64,000 nt of DNA from Podarcis pityusensis (taxonomy: Eukaryota), in assembly GCA_964106645.2 (NCBI GenBank), contig OZ067042.1. One strand, given 5' to 3'. Under the pieces are notes generated by a model. The model was not told where the DNA came from. It did not search any database and saw only the letters and a list, made by a program, of their open reading frames with translations. Positions 60,850-64,000 of the stretch are shown here, in pieces. Position numbers and translations under genes: made by a program. Numbering within the stretch: the stretch's first letter is position 1; each line of letters begins with the position of its first letter.

Positions 60850-63800
60850 TTTGGTTAAACTAGTAGAATAGGAAGATATAGCGTCTATGCAACTGCTTCC
60901 TAAGCATTGGCTAGAGTAAAAAAGAAGGCAATATGTAGGTAGCAGTGCCTGATGATTTTTCCAAGAGTTTGTGAAGAATAATAATAATGTACCTGAAAGA
61001 TCACAAAGAAGAACGGGGTTGTGAGAAGTATCAATAAACTTTGTATTTCATCAACATGCGACTTGACTGGTAAGTAAGGCTTAGAATTTGAATGACAGGA
61101 GAGCATTGGGGGAAGATCTGGGGATTTTGATTGTCTAGCTGAGTCAGATGTTATGTGGAAAAGAAAAGCAGAACTCATACGAGACACAAAACTCTGGTAA
61201 AATAAATTCAACTTGGAAGCAGGGTGGATCATCATCAAGCTACCTCAGTGAGAGGAAGGCAAGGAATTCAAAACAAACAAAGAGAAGCGGGATTCTTGAT
61301 TAACACTGTCGCAGGGAGAGTTGGCCAGTATTTATTCAGGAATGCGACTTAAATTAACTTAGTCAAAAAGTAGGGTGGAGAAAAGACAAAGAATGGGGGA
61401 AGGGGCTCCATAGCTTTGGCACCTTTCAATCCCTGTGCCTCTTTAACACTAGCCAAGATGAGATTTCTTTTAGTGAAATCTTTGAGCTGTTTGTAGCTGT
61501 TGAATGCGTTGTTGGCAGTTTTTCGCAACTTGGTAGTAGAGAAAGCAGCCGATTCAATATGAATTGATTCAATAAATCTGAAGACACCAAAGGAGTAGAG
61601 TTGTGCTTTTAAGTACAGGACCACTAACCCAAGGGGAAAGTTGTCAAATCTTTTGTATAGATTCTCTCTCCTTTACCTGACATCTCATGCAAAGCTTCAA
61701 CAACCTTGGAGGTGAACTCCTAGTACTTGGAACCAAGAGGAGTGGTGATTCTGCTGATGTACATGGCAGACTTCCTGGCTATGTTGATCTCATGTCTGCT
61801 GTTGAAATGTTGCTGTCCTGGGAGCAACAAACATCCTCTTCCCAGTGCAGCTCAGGTATTCCTTGCCACTACGTCAACTATTCCATTCTGACTTGCCCCA
61901 GTGGGGCTGACAGGAGGGCTTCTGTCAACAACTGCCTTGGAACCGTCATTACCAAGAAGTGACGGAGGAGTTTCCCAACAATTACAGGGACATAATTGAC
62001 TGAAGATGTACATACTCATCACATAAAAAGTGTGGGGCTGACAAAGCAATGGGAATAATAGGCTTTGTGGGTGGAAATTCCAGAAATACAACCAAAGACT
62101 TCCCTAATGTTGACCACTGTAAAACTAAGACAGGAATGGGAACATACAACTTTAGATGGCAAGCAGACCTTCGGTAGGATTCCAAGTCTTTAACCCAAAA
62201 AGCTGCTGGGTGACATGAAGAAGCTTTCCACACTATGACGCTACAGCCAATAAAAGGAGCAGTACTTGCCAAGTGTCTCTGTGCCATCAAAACACAAAAG
62301 CTCCCCTTCACTTAAGGGAGTTGGAATGTGACAATGCTGGTTGGATGGTCAAAGATTTGGTGGGTTACCTAGAAGATTCAAAACACACTTATAGAAAAGG
62401 GGTGTGACACCCATGGTATTGCACAACTACAGTTATAAGCCTGAGATAAATTTTTAAAATATTTACAAGCCACAAAGGATACAGTAAAAAGTACTCTTAG
62501 TTAGCTGGCATAGATGTTGATCTCAGGAAACATTGGCAAGGTTATTTTTTAAGCATCCTGACAACCAGCGATGGGTGAGAAGAGTGCTCAGGAGGAGTTA
62601 GAAACATGATAACAAAGACTGTCAACATAAGAATGTGAACATACCTGCAAAGGCACCAGCCTTTTGAACACAGAAGGAATGGTACTGCAGTTGTCAATTA
62701 AGTACCTGTTCCCAAGTTTACCTGACCAACAGAGTTTAATATATCCGTGCTACAGGATTTGTGCTGAAAGCTTTGACAGCTCAGAAGTCAGTTATAAATA
62801 ATCTGGAACAGTTGTGACCAAGTGTTCTTTAGCACTTTCAGACAGACATTCAGGGCAACTGGCAGGGGCTTTGAAAGCTGTTTCCCACATTAGAACCATG
62901 ATAAAAATAGGAAAAGACTGTTTCCTTGTCTTCTGCTAAAATAGATCTTACTCAACAAGATTTTTACAAGCATGACAGAGCACTGATTTAGCTTCCTCAA
63001 AGGTAGTTTAAACTGCTTCCAACAGTAACAATTAAGGCCTTTTGCAGTTCAGCAACAGGTATTTTTTAAAACTAAAGCAAGAGGAAACATGCTGGCTTGG
63101 CTCCATAGTTCCCATGTACTCATGGGATGCTTTTGCTGGAGGAAAAAGGGAAGTGATTTTTGCCAATTCCTTCTCCCCCTGCTCCTTCAGACCCCCATCT
63201 CTTCTGAAAATCTTCCCTATGGGGATGCAGAAATCTGTGGAATAGTGAAAGAGATGCCACAGAGGGAGGGAAACAGGCAATAATAAACCCCACCGGTCCC
63301 CCAGGGAGGAGTCTCTCCTGGACTGCAATTCTTTATGTGAGCTCAAAGGCAACTCTGAAACCCACACACTATTAGGAATCACCTGGTGAAGCAGAAACTG
63401 GTTTTACCCTAGGCCTGTATGATAAAATAAAAATAAAATCATAGCCTTCTACAAATGCTCTTTGGGGAAAAGGCATCTTTAAACTTTGCAATCAAACTGG
63501 CAGGTTAACTGATTAATTTTGGTTTTCTCATCAACATGTTTATATTGTATATCCACTGCGTCATTTTTTTGCTATAGTTAAAAATTATTTTGGAAAAATA
63601 CAGTTGTTTTTAACATAAACAGTTATCAAGTGGATGATCCTCCAGTGATCTGCCCAATAGTTTGAATAGGAATCATGAATCTTATTAGTCAGCATGCTCT
63701 CAAAAATATTACTGCTAGAGATGCTTCACTTACTATTAATCAACTCAGCTCAACCCAGCTAGAGAAGAGGAAATGTACGTTCACAGCCCAAAGTACGGCC

Positions 63801-64000
63801 TATTGAAGTGGCATACCTTTTTCCTAGGCTAATCATCAGTCCAGCAACATCTGGAAGGCACCACACTGGCTACTCCTGTCCTATACAGTATGCCTGTGAC
63901 TATGAAGTCTTGTATGGACTAGCATTGCAACAACTTTAAGCTCTTTTAAACAATCCAGATGCTGGACACTCATGCAAATGGTTATGAATTTATGTCCTAA
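60850..64000 (-). pseudogene. Endogenous viral element: decayed L (RdRp + capping domain) gene of a non-segmented negative-strand RNA virus (Mononegavirales/Jingchuvirales-like)
   Basis: Minus-strand translation across frameshifts and stops gives these motifs in order: LGHKFI (GHP-like), ELINSK-SIS, LFPKEHL*K (premotif A), W..FH....PIGKIF...GL (motif A region), SHEY, CWKQFKLP-FE(G)LNQ (motif B), HGSNV (GDN-like motif C), LGNRYLIDN...IPSVFKRL, LP*VKGSF, LRHFL..PRQLLTE, EPLPPF, HPASKL, VIFQVHYYYS, CYLHIA. Compared by eye to remembered L proteins. Confidence 0.8.

Noticed and set aside
61982-62030. Endogenous hepadnavirus or retroviral RT
   Set aside because: No YMDD/YxDD motif or other RT/core motifs in any frame I read.
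61687-62100. Plus-strand hints of bornavirus G or M (KK*RRS furin-like site; GFVGGNSRN)
   Set aside because: Isolated short resemblances; the minus strand gives a far longer collinear L-protein match, so these are antisense coincidences.
55221-64000. CPEB3 HDV-like self-cleaving ribozyme
   Set aside because: The known ribozyme is mammalian and lies in intron 2, far upstream of this window. I saw no matching sequence or fold here.

Overview
Squamate (probably lacertid lizard; Sauria SINEs, BovB) genomic DNA carrying two convergent genes. On the + strand are 36 coding exons of BTAF1 (Mot1/TAF172 Snf2-family ATPase), 1173-29215, probably exons 3-38, joining in frame to 5400 nt. They include a U12-type intron and a GC-AG intron. 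On the - strand are the last four coding exons of CPEB3 (55220-49051) and its long 3' UTR, interrupted by three N runs. Introns and the intergenic spacer hold Sauria SINEs, L2/CR1/RTE-X/BovB LINE fragments and many Tc1/mariner and hAT MITEs. The standout finding is a ~3.1-3.3 kb, heavily decayed endogenous viral element in a CPEB3 intron (~60850-64000, - strand, probably continuing past the window). Frameshift-tolerant translation recovers the motifs of a non-segmented negative-strand RNA virus L polymerase (RdRp plus capping domain) in the expected order. It does not look specifically bornaviral. All alignments were done by eye against remembered sequences; no database search was run.
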